DNA of 64,000 nt, from positions 1,845,338 to 1,909,337 of the forward strand of contig BFEA01000035.1 in assembly GCA_003427395.1 (NCBI GenBank), written 5' to 3'. The DNA comes from Chara braunii (Eukaryota; Plantae; Charophyceae). Numbering within the stretch: the stretch's first letter is position 1; each line of letters starts with the position of its first letter. Below, in pieces: positions 12,950-25,138 of this stretch. The translations under genes and the position numbers were made by a program. The notes under the pieces are model-generated. The model did no database searches, was not told the DNA's origin, and saw only the letters and a program-made list of their open reading frames with translations.

Positions 12950-13565
12950 ATGTTCGTCGCACCAAGAAAGACCCAAATGAGACCTGGCCCGACTGGGGGT
13001 CCAGTACCAGCAGCTGTGAATAAGAGTTCCATCTCTTCCAAAAGCGATCCTTTCCTTCTCCTGCTCGGTCACACCGACGGAAGTCTGCCTGAATGGCCAC
13101 TTGAATACTTTCAATCGCTTGTCCCTGATATTCCTACAGGGTGGGGGTCGTGCCTTGTCTGCATCACTCGTTTTTCAGGGTCCAGATGATCCATATTAGT
13201 GTTGCTCTCGCAATTTTCATTGCCAGCTGATTCTTCGGCTGCAATCTATTGGCCTTCATCAGGGTTCAGGAGAATGAGTGCCTCATCTGTTTCTGCTACT
13301 TCCAACGGGGTGCGCTCTGCTATTTGCCCCCATCAGGTCCAGAAAGGCCCGAATTACCGGGTATTGCACGAACAGGTGGGGTATGGTTTCCACCTCTCCA
13401 CATCTTATTGTGCATTGTTGCTCTCATGGCAGCTTCTGAGAGCCAACCATTGCGCTGTCAGAATGGCCAGATGATAGATTTGCCATAGCAAGCCAGCCTG
13501 TTTCTGATCTGGCAGTGCCGCCGTAAGAGCACCTTGCACTTTTCACTTACGATGAGTCCATCTTT
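12950..13565 (-). pseudogene. LINE family 2 ORF2 C-terminal zf-RVT region (3' piece, split from 19434-23365 by LINE A)
   Basis: Minus-strand translation gives ALPDQKQAGLLWQIYHLAILTAQWL and QCTIRCGEVETIPHLFVQYP, a CCHC-like zf-RVT remnant. Confidence 0.8.
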
Positions 13566-13634
13566 ACGCTGGCACACCAGAAGGATAGAAGGTCCTCTCT
13601 ATTAGATGAGGATGAACCCTTCTCTTCTCACCCC

Positions 13635-14348
13635 ATGCAGAGAAAAGTAAAGGAAGGTGAAGCAGTAGAAGAAATAACAAGCAGGAAACCCCTCAAGTTC
13701 ATAAGTAAGGAAGACGAAGCTATTGACCTTACCCAGGACACCCAGGACCACCAATCTGAGCTCATATCTACAGTAGAACAAGGGTCTGCAGTAGAACAGG
13801 GGGTACAAAACGCACAACCCTCGCAGTCACTTCAGATAGTCACATTGTCAGATCTCACCAGCAAAAGGCAAAAACTCAAAGCACGCCTTTCCCATTATGC
13901 CGATCAGTCCTCCCTCTCCAAATCAGGAATGGTTTTCCTCCCGGTAAGGTTCAAGGACGGTGAGTGGGAAGCGGACCTCTCAGCGATTGCCCCATCTCAT
14001 TATGGAGAGATCACTTTGCACGGAGCGGACACATCGGCAGGTAGGTCTGATGCCCTTAAATGGATAAAGGATCAATTCCCAGCAGGAGAGTGGGTCTCCC
14101 CCTCACTGTCATCATGCCTGGAGAGAGTAGTTGATTGCGATATATTTATTAAATATAGAGTAACAGACACTCCCTCCCTGAAATGGATGAACTCAGAAAC
14201 TATCAAAGACCTACAAATACTTAAAATAAAATCTAATCAGTTTTGGACGGAAGAGGATATCATCACTCTTCTTCTCATATTGGTACGTGAGGCTTCCCTC
14301 AAGAAAGGCGGGATTCTGGATAAGGTGACCTGGGAAGAAATATTGTGA
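13635..14348 (+). CDS. LINE ORF1 C-terminal portion (237 aa)
   Basis: Open frame ending 1 nt before the ORF2 ATG. Assigned by position; no domain recognised. Confidence 0.65.
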   Translation: MQRKVKEGEAVEEITSRKPLKFISKEDEAIDLTQDTQDHQSELISTVEQGSAVEQGVQNAQPSQSLQIVTLSDLTSKRQKLKARLSHYADQSSLSKSGMVFLPVRFKDGEWEADLSAIAPSHYGEITLHGADTSAGRSDALKWIKDQFPAGEWVSPSLSSCLERVVDCDIFIKYRVTDTPSLKWMNSETIKDLQILKIKSNQFWTEEDIITLLLILVREASLKKGGILDKVTWEEIL

Positions 14349-14349
14349 A

Positions 14350-17300
14350 ATGGGTAATAAAACTGAGGAAATGAATTTAATAGACCTACTCTATAATAAA
14401 GACAAAAATTGGAAGCTCCGCAAAAGAAATGCCGACTTGGACTTCATGTCACTCAATGTGAATGGTATTGCTTCAGCCAAAAACTCTAAACGCCAAGCCA
14501 TATTGAAACTCCTCAAAGGGGTAGGTGGGAAAGAGTGGCCTGACGTAATTTGCGTCCAAGAGACACACCTAATGAATACAACACCACACAATCATATTCA
14601 CAAGGAATTTTGGCCTCACACGGCGTACCGGGCACATGCCCCTAAACCAGGGAGCGCAGGTGTGGCGATATGGGTCCCACCGGATTCAAAAGCAGAGATA
14701 CTCAACTGGGAAGCAGGCCAACAAGAAGGAAGATGGGTATACATACTGGTAATGTTAGAATTAGAGGTAGTCAGTATACTCTATGTATACGGACTCAATG
14801 ACATAGGGGAGCGCCATTTTTTTTTTGAATGATTACTTCCCCACCTCCCGGTAGGTATCCCAGTGATAATGGCAGGGGATTTCAATGCTGCACCGGACCG
14901 TAATCTGGATTGATGGAATATTCCTAAGTCGTGCCCACCATATATAGAAACTGATGAACAAATTATATCTAAATTGTGCAATTCCTACAACCTGTTTGAC
15001 TCCTTTAGGAGATTGAACCCTACCACTAAGTTTTTTTCCTGCTTCACTAGAAGACATTCAAACAGACCTACTAAATCTAGGATTGATCTTATTCTAGCCT
15101 CTGAAGATCTTCAGGGAGGACTTCAATTTGTCTGCATCCTACCTAGAAACCCATATCCAAGCCTTGACCATGCAATGTGAATGGCGGTCTTTTCCTTTCG
15201 AAAGAAGCCAGATCAAGGGGATTCTATAAACTAAATATGTCACATCTTAAGGACCATGGCTTCCTTCAATACCTGGAGGACGTATGAGAATTCTAGAGAA
15301 AACAGAGAGCTCGCATCGACAATGACATCATGTGGTTCAACACTGGCCTAACCTTCCTAGGTCGTAAATGCAATGAATACTCTAAAGCCTTGGCAAAGGT
15401 AAGACATAAAAAAGAAACGGAAATCCTAAAAAAAAATCAAGAACTACAAGAAAAAGAGATAAGACCAGACGATCAAGACGCTTTGGAGCCAAGTGCAAAG
15501 GAAATCCAGACAATAGAGGATCAGTTACTCAAATACATGGAATACATATGACAGAGATTCATAATACAGGAAAAACTAAAAAAACATCAGATGAAAGGGG
15601 ATATGGACGCTCGCTTCTTTGCCATGGCCAATGCTAGGTCAGGGAGGACCACGATAGAGGCTTTAATAAATCCTTTCAACAACAATGAACCCTTAGCCAT
15701 TTCAACATCAGCCAGTATGAAAATAGCCAGGGATTTTTACAAAGATTTTTTCACGTAAAAAAACTCAACTATTCATCAAACACAAAAGGAGAAAGAAATT
15801 GATGAATTCCTAATCCCCTTCAACAAATCAATCACGGATGAACAAAAGAAGATATTGGAAATGCTAGTATCCAAGGAAGAAATTTGGAAGACCCTAATTC
15901 TCATGGAAGAAGAAGAAACACCAGGAATTGATGACCTTCCAAAAGAATTTTAGGAAGTCATGTGGGGTCCCCTCATACAAGATTTAATGGATTACTACCA
16001 TGCGGCATGGGAAACAGGGGATATGGGGGAAATAGTTAATCAAGGGGTCCTCACGCTTTTGTACAAAAAAATGATAAACTTAGTATTTGTAACTATCGCT
16101 CAATCACACTACTCACGGTGGTATACAAATTAGTTGCAAAGGTACTAGCAAATAAAATGCTCAAAGTCATAGCTGACATCATCCATCCAGCGCAAACAGG
16201 GTTCATCACTGGAAGGAATATACAGGACAATATTCTCCTCATAAATGAACTTATCAAAGTTGCACGCTAATCTAAACATAACGCAACATTCATCTTTATA
16301 GACTTTGAAAAAACTTACGATCGTGTAGATTGGTTCTTCCTGGACAAATGTCTTACAAAAAATGAACTTTGGGTCAAACTTCAGAAGATGGATCACAATC
16401 TTGCATCAAAAGGCAACCACCAGTGTTATGATCAATGACAACTTGACACCTCCAATTGATTTGCAGAGATCGGTCAGGCAGGGCGATCCATTGACACATT
16501 TTCTTTTCATCATTATTATGAAAAATTTAGCGGTTAATCTAAAGCAATACAATGATATTAGAAAAATACGAGTGGCGTCGATCCTAGAAGAGGCAATCCC
16601 CATGTGTTCTCTCTTTGCTGATGATCTTTCTCTGATGGTGGATGCATCACACGAAAATATGATTGCAANNNNNNNNNNNNNNNNNNNNNNNNNNNNNNNN
16701 NNNNNNNNNNNNNNNNNNNNNNNNNNNNNNNNNNNNNNNNNNNNNNNNNNNNNNNNNNNNNNNNNNNNNNNNNNNNNNNNNNNNNNNNNNNNNNNNNNNN
16801 NNNNNNNNNNNNNNNNNNNNNNNNNNNNNNNNNNNNNNNNNNNNNNNNNNNNNNNNNNTCTGATGGTGGATGTATCACACGAAAATATGATTGCAATTCA
16901 AGAATTAATGGAGAAATTTTGTAGATTAGCAGACATGAAAGTCAACTGGGGGGAAAAGACCTTAGGATGGTGGATAAACTATCAGGGAGTTAGACCACCT
17001 GAAACGCCCCGAATTAAATGGTTTCCTTTAGACAGGCCAATAAGGGTCCTCGGTATCTCGCTATCTGCTGAAGGGAAACCAACAATCAACGAGGAGGTTA
17101 TCTTTCAAAGTNCCCAGACCAAATTANAATTATGGAAGAATAAACACACATCTATAATGNGCAGANCTTTGGTGATTAATAATGTAGTACTAGCCTCAAT
17201 TTGGTACAAATCAGCAATTTGGGCCCTAGATAACAAATGGACTAAGTCCCTTCATCAACAACTCAGAGCCTTTCTGTGAAGAGGAAACCATGATTACAAG

Positions 17301-19112
17301 AGCGTCATTGGTAGAGTGGCTTGGACCTCTATCATTCAACCAAAGGCTAAGGGGGGCCTGAGAATCATTGATCCAACACTCCAAACCATGACACTCTCCA
17401 TCCAATGGATCAAGAGACTACCACTCAATCCTCAAACCCCTTGGAGTGGTTTAGCCTGGGAACAATTAAGGAGACTGGCCCCCCAGACAACGGAGACTGT
17501 TGACCCAGCTATGTGGCTAGAGAATAGGGACTGGTCCATACCGAGAGGCACAACCAAAGAGACGGATATGAACTAAATGACAAACAGGGCAGCAACCAGG
17601 AAGGACGTTATTAAGGATCCCTTCTGGCCAACTATTCTCAAAACATGGGGGAAGTTACCCCTACCAGACAAGCACTTCCTTGAACGATGGGATGAAATCA
17701 ACTGACAACCATTTTTTAACAATACATGGATAAGAGACCACCAAGGCATCACACTTCATTGCAATGATAATCCATGGAAGGGGTGGATCAAGAGAGGAGT
17801 AATCAGGATCAAGGACATTTGGAATGACAACTCTCGTGACTGGATTCCCCCACACATTCTACATGAGAGACTAAAGCATTGTCACCATGCACAAAACAAT
17901 CTAGACAGAATAGTGAAATTGATCCCTATTGAATGGATTAGAGTGCTCAGGAGAGGGGAAAAATTTCATGAAAGTGATTGGGTTGCGATGAAGGAGAATC
18001 CAAGAAGGGTAGGTAACGTCATCCTCATAGCCCTATACAAGGAGGTCTTAATTGCGCCATATGAATTAAAGGAAGATAATGTTATAATTATTAAAAAGTA
18101 TATAACCCCGATATGGATGCCGGTGGAAAACATCTTCAGAATCAGAGTTTTCTCACGGGGCGCGCAGTCGTGTCAGACTTTTCGACCTTTAACGGACATC
18201 GCAGACCTACCTATAGATCCTGAGTGCTGGACATGGGGAACCAAAACAGACTCAATAGAAAATTCAACATACATCTACATACCTTATCTATCAAATCAAC
18301 TTACCGGAAAATTAGACCCTAAATAAACTTGAAAGATAGGGTGGTGGAGAGATGGACGAAACAGCTGAATATCAGCAAGGAAGATTTGAGGAACATTAAA
18401 TGATTCAAAGATTCCAAGATCCAGCCATCGGAGGTAGCCTCCCTTCAGTGGCAGATTGAACACAGGTGTCTCCCTACTAATGATTGGTTGATAGACAAAT
18501 CCTCACTGGAGAAAAGGGGCATTGCAGACCCATGGTGCAAACTTTGTCACTCGGCGTACCACAGTTAAATGGCCTTGGGAATGGAAAGCAATCCTGCTTG
18601 CGCATTGGTCACCAGAACTGGAAGATAATTTCACTCAAAATCTGTTCACCATAAGTAGAAGTGCGGTTCTCTAGGCTATCTGGCGAAGAAGGAACACTTA
18701 CGAATGGGAAGATGCTAGACTGGATAGCCCAAAATTCACCGACAGCATAAAACAACAAATCCAAACCAATATACAGGACCAATGGATCAACATTAAAGAA
18801 AAAATCCAATCCAACTCATCCAAATATCAAATTAAAAAAATATTCCATAAATTCAGCAGCAATTGGCTGGGGGGGGGGAAGGGCAAAAAAATAGGGAGGG
18901 TGGAATGGGAGGGAGCGGAGAAGGAGGAGGAGAAGGTTCTTATCAGAAACTTCAAGTTGATTTTTAATGATTGGACTCAGGTGCATCCCTTGATACCTCT
19001 TCGTCCGGCTCGTGAGTTCCCAAGTCTTTTTACTCTACCTCAGAATGCATTGGTTCCACCGTCATGGTATGGAAACGACTCAGTTGCAGAAGAAAGGGGA
19101 AAGAAAGAGTAG
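14350..19112 (+). pseudogene. LINE ORF2 (APE endonuclease, RT, zf-RVT) with many stops and frameshifts
   Basis: SLNVNG, DVICVQETH, AGDFN, SRIDL, LDH (APE); FIDFEK, VRQGDPL, LFADD (RT); LQWQIEHRCLPTN..WCKLC. Confidence 0.93.
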
Positions 19113-19390
19113 ATAACCATACCATCATTCTCTCCCAATTGTTGGAAAGGCTAGGCAGGTAAGGCTACATCTGGCGCCCCACGTGAAGAGGTCTATTCCA
19201 ACAAAGGAAAATAGCCACAGCAGGAGGGAGGATTATCGGGAATACTGTGAACGATTCATTTTTCACTCATCAAATGTGAGGGACGTTGGACCCGTTTTCC
19301 AGCAGGTGCTGCTCCCCACAAATAGATGGAGCTTCCTAGAGAATGCTAGGGTAGTCTGCTCTTATCTGCTACCCTACCACCAACTCAGGG

Positions 19391-19427
<37 letters not shown>

Positions 19428-19433
19428 ATCTTT

Positions 19434-22400
19434 TGTAATAAACGTTTGGAAGCCAGTCTCTCTTGGCCCAACGATTCTTGAGTTCCTAGAGATGTTGCGT
19501 GGCTCTAGCAGGGAGTTATAAATGTTTTTGTTCGTCAGCTGTTGCAGTGGGGTTGTTCTCTTATGCATCCTCTGAGGAGGCCACTCTCAGTCCCGCGGGT
19601 CCTAACTTAAGTCTCGTTGTCAGTGTGTCACCCTATATGGGTATAATTGCCCTTGTTCCTTCGTCCCTCTCTCGCATACCACTACAGTATCTGCACCGCT
19701 CCTCAATATTCGTCTTTGTGTGGCCAGGGACATCCTCAGGGGTTTGGCCATCCCTTCATATCCAGAGTCAGATTCAACGTACCACGCGGTGACTTCCAAC
19801 CACTCTTGTTGGGGGGGCTGTTCCACTCTATAGAACATGTCTGGCCTGGTGACTCCTTTAATTCGCACCCATTCTCCTTGTGCCACCTTATCCGTCTTTA
19901 GCAGATCTATCCATTGCGAGGGGATAGCTTCTCTCAACTTTCTCACCCGTTTCATTCTTCATGCTTTCCCAATGAGCATTGTCGTCACCTCACTATCTGT
20001 GCACCCGTCTTTGTGGTCCTCGTCCCATAAGTGTCGTACTTTGAATACCCCCCCGTCTGCCCGCTTCCATCTGAATGTTCCCCGCCGACCCGCCATGGGA
20101 AGCGGTCACCTTCTTCATCGCATATGAATCTGTTGTCAAACAACAACTGGTTGAAAATTGCGTACGCAGATGCTGGTATCCGGCATCTCAGCTGCACCTT
20201 TTCCACAAAGTCAATTTGGTGGACCAAACAGTGCCTCTGTGAATATGACCTATCAGAGAGCTATTCAGCAGGCATATATTTCCACTATCTCCTCCGCGAC
20301 CTGTAGTGCATATGTCGAGTGGGCTCGTGTAACTTCTTGCCATGTGTCCCCCCATTGTCCCCAGCACGACCCAAATTAATTGGCGAATTTGGAGGGCTAT
20401 TATCTGGAATCTCGGATCCAACAGTCCCAAGCCCCCGAACCGTCTTGGCTGAATCACCTTGTCCCCTGTCACTCCGCAAATTGAATCTTCAGCAACCACA
20501 TTGTTTGACCATAAGTTGCCATGAATTGCATGTTTGATATACCATAAGGTTCGTTTACCTGGCATGTGCATTGCCCCCACGTACCACAGTGTTGCCAACA
20601 CCGAATTTTTCACTACCGGGTCCTTACCGACCCATGCTACCTTTTGCACTCCAGGCCTTGAGCCTAGCCAGATGGTGATATGTTTCACGCCCCCATAAGC
20701 TTGGGGTCAAGTTTGCTCCTAAGAAGGTCATTCATTCCCCATTCTCGAATGTCGGAAGATCCCATCCCTCCAGCGGGTCCACCCTCGGGGGCATCACTGC
20801 TTTAGATTATTGCCAGTTGACTCGTGCCCCAGAGTACTTGCAAAATACACCCAGATCCTCTTTAAGCAGTCCCAACTGTTAAACCGCCGACATAATGATT
20901 GCACCTGTATCATCCTCAAAGGCCGTCGTCTGCAGCGTCTTTGATCATGTCTTCAGGCCCTCTAACCTATCATCCACTCATAATATTTCATGCAATGATG
21001 ATTCAATATAGATGACATTAGGGCGGGGTACAGTGGGCAGCCTTGCCTAACTGACCTTGTGACCCTCAAACTGTCCGATCTTACTCCATTCACCTGTATG
21101 ACAGTATTTGCCCCCCTGAGCAGATTGCGGACCGACGCGCCATGCTTTGCAGCATGGACTCCCAGCGTACTCGATCGTACACCTTCTCCAAGTCTATGGA
21201 TATAAATGCTCTCACTCGCCCTATGCACTGATCCTCCTCTAGCACCTGTTGGGCCATCAGGGCGTTTGTGAGAATTTGGTGCCTTGCCACAAAGCCCGTC
21301 TGTGTGTGATAGATGATGTGTGGTAAACGACCATTTCGTCAAAATGGACATTTTTTATTTTTTGAACGAAATTGAAACCGAGTTTTTTGTCCGAAAACTC
21401 GTCAAAATTTGCTGTTCCTGAGGGTCCAGCGTTTGTAAAACACTGGACCCCCTAGCTGTACATGGACTTAGCTTGAGACCAGGCACCTCCAGGCAGGACT
21501 GCCTGGAGGTACCTGGTCTCAAGCTAGGTCCATGTACAGGCAGGGGGTCCAGCGTTTTACAAACGCCGGACCTTCAGGAACAACAAATTTTGACGAGTTT
21601 TCGGCCAAAAAACTCGGTTTCAATTTCGTTCAAAAAATAAAAGATGTCCATTTTGACGAAATGGCAGTTGGTAGGGCGTCGCTAATGTCGTTCGCCGATA
21701 CTTTAGCCAATATCTTATGTACTGCGTTCAAAATTGATATTGGGCGCCAGTTCCGCACATCCTCCCTCGACCCCTTCTCGTAGAGCAAGACCACATAGGT
21801 GTCAGCGAATCCCAACGGGAATGTTCCGACTCAGAGTGCTTTGTTATAGGCCGTTGTGAGCAAGGTAACAAAGAAGTTACAAAAATCCTTGAATAGTTTT
21901 ACCGGGATCCCGTCCAAACTTGGTGCTTTCAATTGCGGCAGGGCAGCGATCAACCTTTCCACCTCCTCCGTCGTCACATCTGCTTCCATCCTGCATGTGC
22001 TATCGAAGTTGAGGCGACTCTGGATATGCTTCCATACTTCCTGCTCTGGCTCTGCTGCCATAGCTGCAGACGTCCATGCCTCCTCTTCCATGAGCAGCTA
22101 TTGGTAGAACTTCGTGACGTACTTTAAAATTCCCCCTGTGTAGTGCTGCCTCTCCTGCTGGTCGTCAAAACGACGGTCCATTACCGTCATCAGCGGGGCC
22201 CCTTCTTTTCCCAGCGCAGCAAAGAATTGTCACGTCACACGTTCCCCCACTAAATCAACAGTTCCTTGGTGCGCCTCCCCCACCGAATTGCTTCCTCCTC
22301 CTGCCACTCCCTCCACCCCCTTGCGGCCTCCACCCTTTCTGCCCACCATTCGTCGTCCGACTGGTCTTCCCCAGGACCGGAGTTCAACTCCTTCAATTTG

Positions 22401-23365
22401 CCAGCGTACTCCTCCCCCGTTCTTCGGTGGGCCAGATAGCTGCCCCTCAATTGCTTATTCAATTTACTTCGCAGATCTTGCAGTGCCGTTGTTACGTGCG
22501 TCAACAGGCCATCCGCCGGAACGTCTCTCGTCCATTCCTTCCAAAATTGGGTTGCCATTGGGCGAAAATCCTTGCTTTTGAACACCCATGCTGGCAGAGA
22601 CTTCGGTGGGTGACTTATTTCGATGTTCCCCATTCGATAGCATGCTATGACAACTGAATGGTATGAGGTGGCCATCGGGCAGATTTGAGCTTGTTGTATG
22701 ACATCATTAAGAATGACCAACGCCCAGATCATATTGATTCTACTTCTCTGGGTGATCGTGTTGCCCCAGAAGGTGTAGATCTTGTCCCTGGGGTGTATCA
22801 CTCTGAAGGAGTCTGTACATCCCAGTCAAGTTATGCCATTCACTAGCGCTAGCGAATCGGCTTCCATCTGCCTGCCTCCCACTGCATCCAGCGAAGGGGT
22901 CACTACAAAGTTAAAATCGCCTGCAATGATAATCTTGTCCACCTCAGGTATTAATGTTTGAATCCATTCCCACATTCTCCTTCATGTCCCAATTTCCGTT
23001 GGCCCGTAAACTGTGATCACTCCCTTTCTCTCCTCTCCCCACTGCACGATTACCCAGGCCCATTGCCCCCGCAAGTCACAAAACCAGTCTACTGTTCCCC
23101 CTCGGAAGTGAGGCGATACCAGGATGTACACCCCTCCTTTGCTGCCCTGCGCCACGGCCCACACCTGGTGGCCCTTCCACAACAGTGCAGGGATCTCGGT
23201 CCTGGCCTCGTCCAACTTAGTTTCTTGGAGGCAAACCACGTCGATCTGCTCTGTTTTGACCATCTGCTTGAGCTCCCGCCGCTTGGCCTGCAGCGAATTC
23301 CTTCCCAGGCCTCTCACATTCCATATCATCAGCGTCAACCTGTTCCATTGCCTCACTCCCTGCAT
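19434..23365 (-). pseudogene. LINE family 2 ORF2 (APE and RT), degenerate
   Basis: IWNVRGL, DVVCLQETKL, KAPSLDGIP, VRNWRPISILN, IDLEKVYDRV, VRQGCPL, AFEDD, GGLGLLDP. Confidence 0.9.
21326..21669. mobile_element. Near-perfect 344-bp palindromic MITE/foldback element inserted in the LINE RT
   Basis: Arms are complementary to the centre (tccaggcag/ctgcctgga). Flanked by GGTA (or TGGTA); removing it restores DALPHIIYHTQTGFV. Confidence 0.92.
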
Positions 23366-24028
23366 CTATCCCTTTTCCTTCCTACACGATTTTATTATGT
23401 CTTCCTATACTCCCTCACCTTTACATTACCTTCATACCTAAGTCCTTCCCTACTCTCCCATCTGTTCTCCCCTATTAAACACATCTTGAGAGAAAATGAA
23501 TGCAATGTATGTCCTTTAACCCTGTGGCAGGGGCCAAATGGAGTCCAGATGTTATTGGATGGAGCGACTGGGGTGCCAACATATAACACGAATGCACTTC
23601 CACAGGAGCAGCAAGTTGTGTGGTGTGTGCAGGAACGGGTGGGGGATGACTACGAGGTGTTCTCCCTGCCCCGATTGTCAACAATAAGATTTATGCGCCA
23701 AACAGGTACAGGGATGAAATACTTGATCGTAATGTATTTCCTGCAAGTCATTCCCCCGAAACCGGGTACGCAAGACTGGGAAAAAGGGAAGATTGGATGA
23801 GGCGCAAGCGCGCGGGGGTCTTACCGGCCGGCGGACTCGGCGGTCTTGATCCTCCATCCCTCGGTGATACCGAGGTAGCCAAGTGTGTTGACACCATTGC
23901 CACCCGAGGTGAGTGTTGACCCGATCTGGGTTGACGAAATGTGAAGTGCACGTGCAAACGGGAGGCGTAAGCGAGGTGATTGCATCTCGCGTTCAGCACA
24001 TAGAAGGCGTCCTTGTGCAATAAGGACA

Positions 24029-25138
24029 ATGGGTACGGTCTGGAGTGAGCGACTGAAGGCTCTTCAGGTAAGTGATATGGCTCTTGCAGGCGATCTACAA
24101 CACGCAACTGCTCATTGGATCTCCACCCTGCATGATGGTCGGGACCGACTGCTACAGATGGTGGCTGCTCTCTCTTCGCCGACACCGGAATTGATGGAGG
24201 TTGATGGGGGAGCGACCTCCCTGGTCTGCTGGGTGGAGAGTATCATGGAGCTCATGTTGGAGGTGGTTTGGGGCTTGGAGCAGGGACCCGATCCTATACT
24301 TGATGCCCTACTCGATCACCGCCAGATGGACGATCTTATAAGTAAGTGCTATGAGCTGCTAGATGAGGGGCAGGTTCAGGGGACTGCCCTGGTCAATCGC
24401 TTGGGTGGGGCGCTGCCGGTGAGTATGGCTGCTCGTGATCAGCTTCTTGTCATCCACTCAGGAAAGGCAGCGCAGGGAGCAGAGATGGTGGAGAGCTCGA
24501 GCGAAGAGCTGTCAGTCAACTCAGCTGCATATGGGCAGTCTCCTATCACTCAATCTGTGATGACATCTACAACAGGATCACATATAATCACTGCTATACC
24601 GACTACAACATTTATACCTGCGACGACTGCTCCTGTGTGCAGTACAAAGATTTCAAGCGAATTGGGAGTTTTTTCTATAAAAATGGTTGGCCCGACGTGC
24701 ACCACGATAACATCTGATGGAACCGGGGTGCTTAACAATCAATTATCGAGTTCATTAACATTCAATACAATGAAGGACGTTCTTGTGGGCATCAAGGAGA
24801 TATCAAATAATTCGGGCGCTGTCTCTCTTCAAACGATTGCTCTGACGTGCATCGCGACGCCATCTAACGAAACGGGGAGATTTTGCAATCACGCATTGAG
24901 CTCACCATCAGTAGTACCGGTGATACCTCCTGCGGCGGGTGAGCTGTTGATAGTTTTGCCGAAGTCACCACTGACACTGCCTCCATCACCTTCTTCAATT
25001 GCGCCTGTTGTCCCAACGCTTGTCATGGAGACTTTTCACAATTTGGGGTGTTCTTCTCCAATTAGGGTGACTGCTTGTTACCTTCCATCGGGCAAGTTGG
25101 CCGCCGGATCTTCACATAGTTCTATCTTTCTCGCCTAA
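24029..25138 (+). CDS. Hypothetical 369-aa protein, helical N-half and S/T/P-rich C-half; probably repeat-derived
   Basis: Longest uninterrupted ORF in the window; no motif recognised. Confidence 0.4.
   Translation: MGTVWSERLKALQVSDMALAGDLQHATAHWISTLHDGRDRLLQMVAALSSPTPELMEVDGGATSLVCWVESIMELMLEVVWGLEQGPDPILDALLDHRQMDDLISKCYELLDEGQVQGTALVNRLGGALPVSMAARDQLLVIHSGKAAQGAEMVESSSEELSVNSAAYGQSPITQSVMTSTTGSHIITAIPTTTFIPATTAPVCSTKISSELGVFSIKMVGPTCTTITSDGTGVLNNQLSSSLTFNTMKDVLVGIKEISNNSGAVSLQTIALTCIATPSNETGRFCNHALSSPSVVPVIPPAAGELLIVLPKSPLTLPPSPSSIAPVVPTLVMETFHNLGCSSPIRVTACYLPSGKLAAGSSHSSIFLA

Larger units (their letters stand above)
13566..19422 (+). mobile_element. L1/Tx1-like LINE copy A (family 1), 5'-truncated in ORF1, poly(A) tail, 11-bp TSD
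   Basis: ORF1 remnant, APE-RT-zf ORF2, poly(A) at 19395-19422, TSD agtccatcttt at 13555-13565 and 19423-19433. Confidence 0.92.

Noticed and set aside
22958-23800. 280-aa + strand ORF
   Set aside because: Antisense shadow of the LINE endonuclease region.
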